Part shown: positions 1 to 9,026 of the stretch, piece by piece | Layout: every line of letters starts with the position of its first letter | How positions within the stretch are numbered: the first letter of the stretch is position 1 | DNA from: Magnetospira sp. QH-2 | GTDB lineage: Bacteria > Pseudomonadota > Alphaproteobacteria > Rhodospirillales > Magnetospiraceae | NCBI RefSeq assembly: GCF_000968135.1 | Contig: NZ_FO538765.1 | Coordinates: 859,819-883,818, forward strand | Direction: 5' to 3' | DNA length: 24,000 bases | Translations under genes and position numbers: made by a program | Notes under the pieces: model-generated | The model's input: the letters and a program-made list of their open reading frames with translations, nothing else | Told to the model about the DNA's origin: nothing | The model's database searches: none

Positions 1-1
1 T

Positions 2-811
2 TTCAGCGTGGCCAAGTTCGGTCTTGCCGCGTTTCCGCCTTTGATGATGGTCGCTTTGCGGTTTGCGCTGCTGTTGCTGTTGCTCGCGCCGTTCCTGTTC
101 AAGCGGACCGGTATCCCCGTGCGAGGATTTATCCTCGTCGGTATCTGTTTGGGCGGGTTCCATTTCGGGCTGTTGATGACCGGGCTTTCGGGGACCGATG
201 CCGGGGCGGCGGCGGTGGTTATCCAATTGGCCATGCCGTTCAGTGCAATGCTGGCCTGGGGCATGCTCGGGGATCGCATGCGGCCCATTCAGATTGTTGG
301 TATGATGGTGGCCTTTGCCGGCGTGTTTATCCTCGCGGGCAGCCCGCGTTTTTTGGATCAGTGGGGCGCGTTGCTGTTGGTGGCCGGGGCGGCTTTCGCC
401 TGGGCTCTGGCCAATATCCTCATTCAGCGATTGGCAAAGGTGAACGTGTTTGTGCTCAATGCCTGGGTGGCCTTGTTCGCCCTACCGGTACAGGCCGTGG
501 CCAGCCTGACCTTGGAAACCGGTCATCTTGAGCTCTTGGCCTCGGCGGGATGGACCGGGTGGGGGTCAATCCTGTATCAAGCACTGGGGTCCATGCTCAT
601 CGCCTATGGACTTTGGTACCGGCTATTGGACAAACATCCGGTCAATAAACTGGTGCCGCCCATGCTGCTGGTGCCGGTGTTCGGGGTGCTGCTGGCCGAA
701 CCGTTGCTTGACGAGCCGCTCACGGCTGCCAAGATCATCGGCGGACTGATCACGATTCTGGGTGTGGCGATGATCGAACTGACGCGTGGCAAAAAAGCAG
801 AGGTCGCATGA
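2..811 (+). CDS. EamA/DMT-family permease; the 5' end is probably outside the window
   Basis: The frame is open to the window edge (track ORF 8..811). The protein is polytopic and hydrophobic with two EamA-like halves. It appears to lack the first ~30 aa typical of the family. Its stop overlaps the next start (ATGA at 808-811). Confidence 0.75.
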   Translation, partial: FSVAKFGLAAFPPLMMVALRFALLLLLLAPFLFKRTGIPVRGFILVGICLGGFHFGLLMTGLSGTDAGAAAVVIQLAMPFSAMLAWGMLGDRMRPIQIVGMMVAFAGVFILAGSPRFLDQWGALLLVAGAAFAWALANILIQRLAKVNVFVLNAWVALFALPVQAVASLTLETGHLELLASAGWTGWGSILYQALGSMLIAYGLWYRLLDKHPVNKLVPPMLLVPVFGVLLAEPLLDEPLTAAKIIGGLITILGVAMIELTRGKKAEVA

Positions 812-1485
812 TCTCCTATCCGTCGCCCAATCATGACAGCCGCGACGGCGCGGTGGTGGACATGCTGGTGATCCATTACACCGGGATGCATTCCCCCGAG
901 GGCGCCTTAGCCCGGCTCTGTGATCCAGTGGCCCAGGTCAGTGCCCATTACCTGATTGACGAGACCGGCGACGTGCACTGGCTGGTGTCCGAGGGACGCC
1001 GGGCCTGGCATGCCGGAGAGGCCCATTGGCGGCATCACACCAATATCAACGCCCGGTCCATCGGTATCGAGCTGGTCAACCCGGGCCATGAGTTCGGCTA
1101 CCGGCCCTTTACCTTTCCGCAGATGACCAGCCTGTGCCTGCTGGCCAAGCGGATTTTACGCCATCATCCCATCCCCCCTTGCAACATCGTCGGCCATGCG
1201 GATGTGGCGCCGCGCCGCAAACAAGACCCGGGGGAACTGTTCCACTGGTGGTCGCTGGCGGTGCAGGGAATCGGGCTCTGGCCGTACCTGCCCAGTACCA
1301 CGGCCACAGACGATCCGTTGGCCGGATTGGTGGAAATCGGCTACGAGCTGGTGGATGAAGAAGCCACCATCACCGCTTTTCAGCGCCATTACCGCCCGGG
1401 TCTGGTGGACGGTGTGCTAGATGGCGAGACCGTCGGCTTGATTGGCGGCATGCTCGATCTTGTCAGGGAAACGCGGCGGGACTAG
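808..1485 (+). CDS. N-acetylmuramoyl-L-alanine amidase (AmpD/Amidase_2 type) with a C-terminal peptidoglycan-binding-like segment
   Basis: Motifs VIHYTGM, AHYLIDETG, RAWHAG, SIGIELVN and GHADVAPRRKQDPG. The C-terminal TITAFQRHYRPGLVDGVLDGETV resembles a PG_binding repeat. Confidence 0.85.
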   Translation: MISYPSPNHDSRDGAVVDMLVIHYTGMHSPEGALARLCDPVAQVSAHYLIDETGDVHWLVSEGRRAWHAGEAHWRHHTNINARSIGIELVNPGHEFGYRPFTFPQMTSLCLLAKRILRHHPIPPCNIVGHADVAPRRKQDPGELFHWWSLAVQGIGLWPYLPSTTATDDPLAGLVEIGYELVDEEATITAFQRHYRPGLVDGVLDGETVGLIGGMLDLVRETRRD

Positions 1486-1495
1486 GGTGGCCGCG

Positions 1496-1893
<398 letters not shown>

Positions 1894-1944
1894 GTTATTC
1901 TGCATTACGACTGGATAAGAAACGACGGGAAAGGGGGGTAGCCC

Positions 1945-2238
1945 ATGTACGTGACACTGGTTCATGTGGTGGTCAAACAGGCCGATCTGGAAGCCTTTAT
2001 CGCGGCCTCGGCCAAGAACCATGAGCATTCGGTCAAGGAACCAGGCAATCGACGGTTCGATGTGCTGCAATCGGCGGAAGACCCTTGCCGCTTCGTGCTT
2101 TACGAGGCCTATGACAACGAAGACGACGCCCGGGCCCACAAGGACACCGCCCATTACCTGGAATGGCGCGAAAGTGTGGCGGACATGATGGCCGAGCCGC
2201 GTCAAGGGGTGCGCTACGATGGGCTGTTGCCGCAATGA
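1945..2238 (+). CDS. ABM-domain (antibiotic biosynthesis monooxygenase / putative quinol monooxygenase-like) protein
   Basis: 97 aa with an ABM ferredoxin-like pattern (MYVTLVHVVVK..., FVLYEAYDNEDDARAHKDTAHY). An SD-like GGGGGG lies upstream. The stop overlaps the next start (ATGA at 2235-2238). Confidence 0.75.
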   Translation: MYVTLVHVVVKQADLEAFIAASAKNHEHSVKEPGNRRFDVLQSAEDPCRFVLYEAYDNEDDARAHKDTAHYLEWRESVADMMAEPRQGVRYDGLLPQ

Positions 2239-3425
2239 TCGTGCCGTTCGAAATTGCCCGTCTGCCGCGCATTGTCTTCGGTTCCGGCAGCATCGCGCGG
2301 ATCCCCAAGGAAGCGGCGGCTCTCGGGCGTCATGCACTGATTGTGACCGGTTCCCGCTCGTTCCGCGAGACCACCCAATGGCCCGCCCTGCTCAAGGGCC
2401 TTGCTGACGAGGGCCTGGCAATCGCCGACATGGCTGTTGCCGATGAACCTTCGCCGGACATCGTCGATGCGGCGGTGAGCGAATTCAAGAATCTGGGCGT
2501 CGAGGTGGTCATCGCCGTGGGGGGCGGCAGCGCTTTGGATGCCGCCAAGGCCATCGCCGGGCTGCTGGTCAAGGGCAACTCGGTCATGGATCACCTGGAA
2601 GGGGTGGGGCGGGGAATCCCCTATGAAGGGCCGGCCTTGCCTTTCATCGCCGTGCCGACCACCGCCGGCACCGGATCCGAGGCGACCAAGAATGCCGTGC
2701 TGTCCCATCGCGGCCCCGATGGCTTCAAGAAATCTTTCCGCGACGAACAACTGGTGGCCCGAGTCGCCGTGCTCGATCCGGAATTGCTAACCCATTGCCC
2801 CAGGTCGGTGATCGCCGCCAACGGCATGGATGCCTTTACCCAACTCCTGGAGTCGGTGGTGTCGACGCGATCAAATCCCCTGACCGATGCCCTGGGCTGG
2901 TCGGGGCTGGAGGCGTTCCGCGACGGGTTCTGGGATATGCTCGACGGCACCGGGGACAAGGCCGTCGCCGGACGCGAGAAGATGCTCTATGCCTCGTTGC
3001 TATCGGGAATCAATCTGGCCCAGACCGGACTCGGCTCGGTGCATGGGCTAGCCTCGCCCATGGGTTCATTGTTTCCCATTCCCCACGGCGTGGTCTGTGG
3101 CACTCTGGTTGGTGCCGCCACCGAGGTGAATATCCAGGCATTGGGCGAACGGATGCCTGAAAGCCCGGCCTTGCCCAAATATGCCCGCGCCGGATCGCTC
3201 CTGACCCGCAGCGCCTTTGACCGGGACGAGGACGCCCGCACGGCCCTGATCACGTTATTGAATGAATGGACCGAAACCCTGGAGCTGCCGCGCTTGTCTC
3301 AATACGGAATGGATGACGCCCGGATGGATCAGGTGGTGGCGGCGTCCGGCGGCAATTCCATGAAGACCAACCCGCTGGTGCTGACACCGGAAGAGATCGA
3401 ACGGGTGGTGCGGGCGCGGTTATAG
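2235..3425 (+). CDS. Iron-containing (group III) alcohol dehydrogenase
   Basis: Motifs GGGSALDAAKAI, VPTTAGTGSE and GSVHGLASP. The start was taken at ATG 2235 (MIVPFEIA...), which is coupled to the upstream stop, rather than at the track start 2163. Confidence 0.85.
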   Translation: MIVPFEIARLPRIVFGSGSIARIPKEAAALGRHALIVTGSRSFRETTQWPALLKGLADEGLAIADMAVADEPSPDIVDAAVSEFKNLGVEVVIAVGGGSALDAAKAIAGLLVKGNSVMDHLEGVGRGIPYEGPALPFIAVPTTAGTGSEATKNAVLSHRGPDGFKKSFRDEQLVARVAVLDPELLTHCPRSVIAANGMDAFTQLLESVVSTRSNPLTDALGWSGLEAFRDGFWDMLDGTGDKAVAGREKMLYASLLSGINLAQTGLGSVHGLASPMGSLFPIPHGVVCGTLVGAATEVNIQALGERMPESPALPKYARAGSLLTRSAFDRDEDARTALITLLNEWTETLELPRLSQYGMDDARMDQVVAASGGNSMKTNPLVLTPEEIERVVRARL

Positions 3426-3437
3426 CCTCGCGCGTGC

Positions 3438-3455
3438 CGGGTCCGATCGGACCCG
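3438..3455. terminator. 18-nt perfect palindrome between convergent genes; possible bidirectional terminator hairpin
   Basis: ccgggtccgatcggacccgg-like palindrome (c3438...g3455) between the ADH stop (3425) and the SulP stop (3485). There is no clear U-tract. Confidence 0.35.
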
Positions 3456-3484
3456 TTGGACAGGCGCAATCCTATTGGAATAGA

Positions 3485-5014
3485 TCAAGCCAATTGATCG
3501 GTGGCCACATGGTATTTGGGGTCCTCGATCACGTTGACCTCCACCAGGTCCTTGGCGCGGCGCAGCAGCTTGCGGCATTCCGGGCTCAGGTGCTTGATGT
3601 GTAGCCGCTTACCCCGCCGTTCATAGCGCTCGGCCAGGGTGTCGATGGCTTCCAAGCCCGAATGATCGGCCACCCGGGACAGGCGGAAGTCCACGACCAC
3701 GTCGTCGGTGTCGTTCTCTGGGTCGAACAGGTCACGAAAGGCCGTGACCGAGCCGAAGAACAGCGGGCCTTGTAGCTCATAGACCTTGCTGCCCATGCTG
3801 TCGGTGCGGGTGTAGGCCTGAATGCGGGTGGCGTTGCCCCAGGCATAGACCAGGGCCGAGACGATCACCCCGACCACCACGGCAATGGCCAAATCGGTGA
3901 AGACCGTGACCGCCGAGACCAAAATCAAGACGAAGGCATCGGCGCGCGGGATTTTGTGCAAGATGCGGAAGCTGGACCATTCGAAGGTCCCCAATACCAC
4001 CATCATCATCACGCCGACCAAGGCGGCCAGCGGGATCATCTCGATGAGCGACGAGGCGAACAGGATAAAGAACAGCAGGAAAAGGGCGGCGGCGATGCCC
4101 GAGGTGCGTCCGCGCCCACCGGAATTCACGTTGATCATGCTCTGGCCGATCATGGCGCAGCCGCCCATGCCACCAAAGAAGCCGGTGACGATATTGGCCG
4201 TGCCCTGGCCGACGCATTCCCGGTTGCCACGGCCCCGAGTGTCGGTGATTTCGTCGATCACGGTCAGGGTCAACAGGCTTTCGATCAACCCGATGGCCGC
4301 CAGGATCACCGAATAGGGGAAGATGATGATCAGGGTTTCCAAGGTCCAGGGCACCAGCGGGATATGGAATTCCGGCAATCCCCCGGCAATGGAGGCCATA
4401 TCGCCAACGGTGCGGGTATCCAGGCCCAGGGCCATCACCAGGCCCGTGACCACCAGGATGGCCGCCAAGGGCGCTGGAATCGCGTTGGTCAGCTTGGGCA
4501 GGAAATGGATCACCGCCATGGCCAGGGCGACCAGGCCAAGCATCAGATATAGAGGCATGCCGGTCAGCCATTCCCAGGATCCATCGGTCCCGGTCACCTG
4601 AAACTGCCTGAGCTGGGCCAGAAAGATGACGATGGCCAGGCCATTGACGAAACCCAGCATGACTTGGTGCGGTACCATGCGGATGTATTTGCCCAACCGC
4701 AGCACACCGGCGAGCACCTGAATAAGGCCCATCAGCACCACGGTGGCGAACAGGTATTCCACCCCGTGATCGGCGACCAGCGCCACCATGACCACGGCCA
4801 GGGCCCCGGTGGCACCGGAGATCATCCCCGGGCGCCCGCCGATGACGGCGGTGATCAACCCGACCATGAAGGCGGCGTAGAGCCCGGTCAGCGGATTGAC
4901 CCCGGCGACAAAGGCGAAGGCCACGGCCTCGGGGACCAGGGCCAAGGCGACGGTGAGACCGGAAAGAATATCGGCCTTGAGGGAAAAGGCGCGGCGGATA
5001 TGAAACTCGAACAT
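3485..5014 (-). CDS. SulP-family anion (sulfate/bicarbonate) permease with a C-terminal STAS domain
   Basis: 509 aa. The N-terminus [23 protein letters not shown] is typical of SulP, and there are many TM helices. The C-terminal soluble part has a STAS-like sequence ([12 protein letters not shown]...[16 protein letters not shown]). Confidence 0.9.
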   Translation of the reverse strand: MFEFHIRRAFSLKADILSGLTVALALVPEAVAFAFVAGVNPLTGLYAAFMVGLITAVIGGRPGMISGATGALAVVMVALVADHGVEYLFATVVLMGLIQVLAGVLRLGKYIRMVPHQVMLGFVNGLAIVIFLAQLRQFQVTGTDGSWEWLTGMPLYLMLGLVALAMAVIHFLPKLTNAIPAPLAAILVVTGLVMALGLDTRTVGDMASIAGGLPEFHIPLVPWTLETLIIIFPYSVILAAIGLIESLLTLTVIDEITDTRGRGNRECVGQGTANIVTGFFGGMGGCAMIGQSMINVNSGGRGRTSGIAAALFLLFFILFASSLIEMIPLAALVGVMMMVVLGTFEWSSFRILHKIPRADAFVLILVSAVTVFTDLAIAVVVGVIVSALVYAWGNATRIQAYTRTDSMGSKVYELQGPLFFGSVTAFRDLFDPENDTDDVVVDFRLSRVADHSGLEAIDTLAERYERRGKRLHIKHLSPECRKLLRRAKDLVEVNVIEDPKYHVATDQLA

Positions 5015-5202
5015 GACTATTCACCAAAAAAAACGGCCGGGGAGTACCCGACGCATATTCTGAAAAACTAATATTAGCTGTTGCTCATATATAGAGGGGG
5101 GAATCCGTCCGGTCCAGGAAAAAGCGCACAGGCCAGCCCTGCGTGGCGCGCATATTCCACTTTGCGCCGCCCATCAACGGAGACCCGTGGTAAACTCAAA
5201 CC

Positions 5203-6387
5203 ATGTTTCATCGCACCCGATATTGGACCCGAGAGAACGACGGTCGCATCCGTTGCGATCTCTGTCCGCGCGCCTGCAAACTGCGCAACGGCCAACTGGG
5301 GCTGTGCTTCAATCGCGCGGCGGTCAATGGCGAAATCGTGCTGACCACCTATGGCCAGAGCAGTGGCTTCTGCATCGATCCCATCGAGAAAAAACCGCTC
5401 AACCACTTCCTGCCCGGCACGCCGATCCTGTCCTTGGGCAGTGTCGGCTGTAATTTGACCTGCAAATTTTGTCAGAACTGGTCCATTTCCAAGGGGCAGG
5501 AAGACCTGCTCAAGGCACTGACCGAGTCCGCCAACCGCTCGTCTAATGTTTTTGAACAATTGTTAGATAATGAGATTGGGCGGGATCGCATCGTCGCCTT
5601 GGCGGGCATAGAGACCGATCCCGGGCGCCTGTTGTCCCCAGCGTCTCCCAAACTGATCGCCAAGGCTGCCGCGCAAACCAACTGCCGTAGCGTCGCCTTC
5701 ACCTATAACGATCCGGTGATTTTTCATGAATACGTGATCGACACGGCCAAGGCCTGCCACGCACGGGGCCTCAAGACCGTGGCGGTGACGGCGGGCTATA
5801 TCTGCCCCGAGCCGAGGCGCGAGTTCTTCGCTCATATGGATGCGGCCAACGTGGACCTGAAGGCTTTCACCGAGGACTTTTATCACCGGCTTTGTACCGC
5901 CACGCTGGCGGATACCCTCGATACATTGAAATATCTGATCCACGAAACCGACGTCTGGGTGGAGACCACGACCTTGCTGATCCCCGGTGAAAACGATTCC
6001 GCCGAAGAAATCGATGCCATGACCCGATGGGTGGTGGCCGAACTGGGGCCAGACATGCCCATGCATTTTTCCGCCTTCCATCCCGATTGGAAGATGCGCG
6101 ACAAGCCACGGACCCCGCACGCCAGCCTGATCCGGGCCCGTGACATCGCCTTGGCCAACGGGGTACGTCATGCCTATGTGGGCAACGTCCACGACCTGGA
6201 GCGCGAAAGCACCTATTGCCATCAATGCGGCACCCGGCTGGTAGGGCGCGACTGGTATGTGTTGTCCTCGTGGAATCTGGACCCCCAAGGGCGGTGCCTG
6301 GCTTGCAAGGCAGCCTGTGCCGGCGTGTTTAATGGACCGCCGGGGGATTGGGGGGCCAAGCGGGTGCCCCTTCGGCTCTCGCACTGA
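5203..6387 (+). CDS. Radical SAM enzyme of the AmmeMemoRadiSam type (PFL-activase-like)
   Basis: N-terminal CDLCPRAC Cys motif, DPIEKKPLNHF, the radical SAM cluster GCNLTCKFCQNW, AFTYNDPVIF, and a C-terminal CHQCG...CLAC zinc-ribbon-like pair. Confidence 0.8.
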   Translation: MFHRTRYWTRENDGRIRCDLCPRACKLRNGQLGLCFNRAAVNGEIVLTTYGQSSGFCIDPIEKKPLNHFLPGTPILSLGSVGCNLTCKFCQNWSISKGQEDLLKALTESANRSSNVFEQLLDNEIGRDRIVALAGIETDPGRLLSPASPKLIAKAAAQTNCRSVAFTYNDPVIFHEYVIDTAKACHARGLKTVAVTAGYICPEPRREFFAHMDAANVDLKAFTEDFYHRLCTATLADTLDTLKYLIHETDVWVETTTLLIPGENDSAEEIDAMTRWVVAELGPDMPMHFSAFHPDWKMRDKPRTPHASLIRARDIALANGVRHAYVGNVHDLERESTYCHQCGTRLVGRDWYVLSSWNLDPQGRCLACKAACAGVFNGPPGDWGAKRVPLRLSH

Positions 6388-6454
6388 TATTTTCTCTGGC
6401 ACAGCCATTCTCCTGTGATAAACCTGCGCTCCATCGGTAACGGAGTTGTCCTTC

Positions 6455-7441
6455 ATGGTGAAGAAATGGCTGGGATTGGCGCTGAAATTAGGCGTCTCGG
6501 GCGGATTGATCTGGTTTCTTTTACGAAACGTGGATACGCAAGCCGTCTGGACCCAGGTCAAGACCATGGGGTGGATGGCTCCGGTGATCGCCATTTTGAT
6601 GATCGTCATTTTGCAGATGGTGATTGGAGGGTTGCGCTGGTGGTTGGTACAACGGGCCATTCACGCCCCTTTGCCCCTGGCCAAAACCACCAAGCTGTTC
6701 CTGATCGGCGCGTTCTTCAATCAAGTGCTGCCTTCGGCGGTCGGTGGCGATGCGGTTCGGATCTACAAGGCGTTCAAATCAGGACTGACGTTCTCCCAGG
6801 CTTTCAATGGCGTGATGCTGGAGCGGTTGGCGACGGTTTTCGCCCTGGTTCTGTTGGTCGCCGCTATTCAGCCGCTATTGCTATCGCGCATTGATGCGCC
6901 CAGCGTGGAGTGGCTATTCCCTCTCATGGCTGTGGGTGGGGTTTTCGGCATAGCCCTGTTGATGAGCCTGGACCGCTTGCCCAAGCGCTTGCATGACCTG
7001 CGGGTGGTGCGGGGTTTGGCTGCCCTGGCCCGGGATGCCCGCAGGCTGTTTCTCAACCCGAAGGAGGGATTGGGATCGTTGGTGGTTGCCATCCTTGGTC
7101 ACGTCAACGTTTCGCTGTCCGTGTGGGTTTTGGCCAATGGCATGGGATTGCCCGTCGATCCGCTGGATTGCATCTTGCTATTCCCGCCCGTGCTTCTGGT
7201 TTTGACGCTCCCCATTTCCATTGCTGGATGGGGCGTGCGGGAAGGGGCCATGGTCACGGCTTTCGGCCTGGTGGGTGTCAGCAACGAAGGCGCATTGGCA
7301 CTCTCTTTGGTATTCGGCGGGGTTGGCCTGGTGGCGGCGCTCCCCGGTGGTCTGGTCTGGGCTCTGGGCCGCGACCGTATGGCCGACGTGGCCAAGGAAG
7401 TGGAGGCCGAAGAGCATCCCGAGCCCAGCAAATCGGCCTGA
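6455..7441 (+). CDS. UPF0104 / lysylphosphatidylglycerol-synthase-TM-region-like ('flippase-like') membrane protein
   Basis: Polytopic, beginning MVKKWLGLALKLGVSGGLIWFLLRNVD, with the motif FFNQVLPSAVGGDAVR typical of this family. ATG 6455 has a GGAG 9 nt upstream and is preferred over the TTG at 6446. Confidence 0.65.
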   Translation: MVKKWLGLALKLGVSGGLIWFLLRNVDTQAVWTQVKTMGWMAPVIAILMIVILQMVIGGLRWWLVQRAIHAPLPLAKTTKLFLIGAFFNQVLPSAVGGDAVRIYKAFKSGLTFSQAFNGVMLERLATVFALVLLVAAIQPLLLSRIDAPSVEWLFPLMAVGGVFGIALLMSLDRLPKRLHDLRVVRGLAALARDARRLFLNPKEGLGSLVVAILGHVNVSLSVWVLANGMGLPVDPLDCILLFPPVLLVLTLPISIAGWGVREGAMVTAFGLVGVSNEGALALSLVFGGVGLVAALPGGLVWALGRDRMADVAKEVEAEEHPEPSKSA

Positions 7442-7458
7442 GTGTTTTTGACAGGCTG

Positions 7459-7704
7459 CTTCTGTAATCGAGTCATTTGAGTCAAGCTGATTTCCAAGCC
7501 GTCGGTTTGAACCTGGGGTATGTGGCGCCCTTTGCTTCTGTCCGCGGTCGACGTCGTCGCCGCATGATGGGGATCAAGGGGGATCGGGTGCAGCAATCTG
7601 AAAAGCGTGGTCTTACGCCACTGCAGCCTGCGCGCTGTCATCCGAGCCCCGCGCGTCGCCACGCGTCCTGGCCGCCCTTCAGGCGATCTCGGTTTTCGTT
7701 GTGT
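7459..7704 (-). ncRNA. Candidate bridge/seek guide RNA in the IS 3' non-coding tail (copy A)
   Basis: Mirror of 22232-22477. It has the same guide-like segments and hairpins (target-loop region about 7596-7630, donor-loop region about 7533-7572). One SNP relative to copy B (7518) lies outside those segments. Confidence 0.45.
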
Positions 7705-8736
7705 TTAGATGGCGGTCTCCTCCTTGCGGTACTGGAAGTCCGTGCCGTCGATCCACATGCGATGCATGATTACGGCGAGACGCCGGGCAACGGCGACCTT
7801 GGCGCGTTTCATCCCGCGCCTTTTGGCGACCGCGAGCCCCCAGTGTTTGAGCCAGGACCAACGGCGGGTTCGAGTGAGAAGTGCATTGGCGGCCTCGAAC
7901 AAAAGCCAACGAACCATGGCATCTCCGCACTTGCTGATGGGGCCGCTTCGGTCCTGCTCTCCCGAGGCGTATCTGCGTGGGACAAGCCCGAAGTGGGCGC
8001 CGACCATGACCGACTTTTGAAACCGTTCCGGCACGTCGAGTCCTGTCCTGAAAGCGAGGGCGGTAACCGGGCCGACGCCGGGAACGGTCATCAGGCGCCG
8101 GCAAACGCTATCATCGCGCGCAGCGGCATGAACCTGCCGGTCGAGCTTGTCGAGTTGTTCGAGCAAGGCTTGGCGCGCAAGCAAGAGCGGCTCGGCGGCT
8201 GCGCTGAGGTGCGGGTTATCAGCCGTCAATTCCCGAACCCGCGCCGCGAAAAGGCGTCCGCGCGCCATACCGACCTTGAGGCCGAAAGCTTTCAATGTTC
8301 CTCGTACCGTATTGGACAACTGACGGACCTGATGAACCAGGGTCTCCCGATGGGTCAGCACCATCCGGAGCTCCTGACTGCGCGCGGTCTTGACGTGGGT
8401 CGCGCGGTACAAACCGGTCCGCATCGCCTGGCTGATCAAGCGGGCGTCGCGACGGTCCGTCTTGACTGGGCTGGCGCTGGCAAAGGCCTTCATTTGCCGG
8501 GTCTCGATACAAATCACAGGGAGGCCCCGACTGGACAGTCCTGCGTACAGCCAAGGCGCCAGAGGGCCAGCTTCCAACCCAATTCGCGCAAAGCCACGCC
8601 CGCTTTCCTCGAGCCAAGTGGCGACCGCCTCGGGTGTGCTTGACACCTTGCCTTCGCGAATGACGGTTCCCTTTGCATCAATCTCACAGATCGAAATGCT
8701 TGCCATCGATACGTCCATTCCAACAAAATACTCCAT
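7705..8736 (-). CDS. IS110-family DEDD transposase/recombinase
   Basis: N-terminal RuvC-like DEDD region (MEYFVGMDVS..., GLEAGP, KTDRRDA). C-terminal Transposase_20-type region (MTVPGVGPVTALAF, PRRYASGEQDRSGPISKCGD). Start taken at the ATG with AGGAG upstream (MEYFVG) rather than the track TTG at 8787. Confidence 0.93.
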   Translation of the reverse strand: MEYFVGMDVSMASISICEIDAKGTVIREGKVSSTPEAVATWLEESGRGFARIGLEAGPLAPWLYAGLSSRGLPVICIETRQMKAFASASPVKTDRRDARLISQAMRTGLYRATHVKTARSQELRMVLTHRETLVHQVRQLSNTVRGTLKAFGLKVGMARGRLFAARVRELTADNPHLSAAAEPLLLARQALLEQLDKLDRQVHAAARDDSVCRRLMTVPGVGPVTALAFRTGLDVPERFQKSVMVGAHFGLVPRRYASGEQDRSGPISKCGDAMVRWLLFEAANALLTRTRRWSWLKHWGLAVAKRRGMKRAKVAVARRLAVIMHRMWIDGTDFQYRKEETAI

Positions 8737-8847
8737 AGCTGGTCTCCTCTGTTCCATGTCCAGGAATTGACCCGGATACTTGATCAAGACCGAGTGTGGA
8801 GACCAGCTGACTGTTTAGGCAATCCCTGACTGCTCGATTACCGCCAT

Positions 8848-9020
8848 CTGAAAAAGTCCGATTTCGAGCCTGTGCCAACACATGCCTCGACAAGCTCAGC
8901 ATGAGGGCCTTTGAATTCTCAACAGGTTAGCCTCATCCTGAGCTTCCTCATCCCGAGCTTGTCGAGGGACGAAGGGCGAGGCGGGCCGTCGGACAACACT
9001 TTTTCAGCAGCCTGCTAAGG
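8848..9020. repeat. MITE/REP-like palindromic repeat element E1
   Basis: 10-bp terminal inverted repeats ctgaaaaagt (8848-8857) and actttttcag (8998-9007), plus a long internal inverted repeat (cgacaagctcag / ctgagcttgtcg). Largely collinear with E2, with scattered substitutions. Relative to E2 it carries a tandem 15-bp duplication (8931-8945 / 8946-8960) and a 7-nt insertion. Confidence 0.85.
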
Positions 9021-9026
9021 ACGCGG

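Larger units (their letters stand above)
7451..8847 (-). mobile_element. IS110-family insertion sequence (IS1111-like layout), copy A
   Basis: A 1397-bp block that is the reverse complement of 21089-22485 (position x maps to 29936-x), with 3 mismatches (7518, 7795, 8815). Positions 7451-7458 (acaggctg) may be target (MITE end) rather than IS, so the minimal IS is 7459-8847. Subterminal inverted repeats: taatcgag/ctcgatta and two AGTCA motifs at each end. Confidence 0.9.

Noticed and set aside
6397-6412. A sigma-54-like promoter (TGGCAC-N5-TTCTC) upstream of the UPF0104 gene.
   Set aside because: The -24 TGGCAC is perfect, but the -12 element reads TTCT instead of TTGC, so the invariant GC is missing. 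No enhancer-binding-protein gene or UAS is evident.
7477-8643. A 388-aa ORF antisense to the IS transposase, with an identical one at 21293-22459 in copy B.
   Set aside because: It runs exactly opposite a well-supported transposase CDS. Its composition is Arg/Pro/Gly-rich with no recognisable motifs. It starts at TTG inside the proposed ncRNA. This is a typical antisense-frame artefact of GC-rich DNA.
8684-8902. A 72-aa ORF starting MLSLSRH... across the MITE/IS junction.
   Set aside because: This is a pseudo-peptide generated by the repeat element's palindromic core. It spans two unrelated sequence modules.
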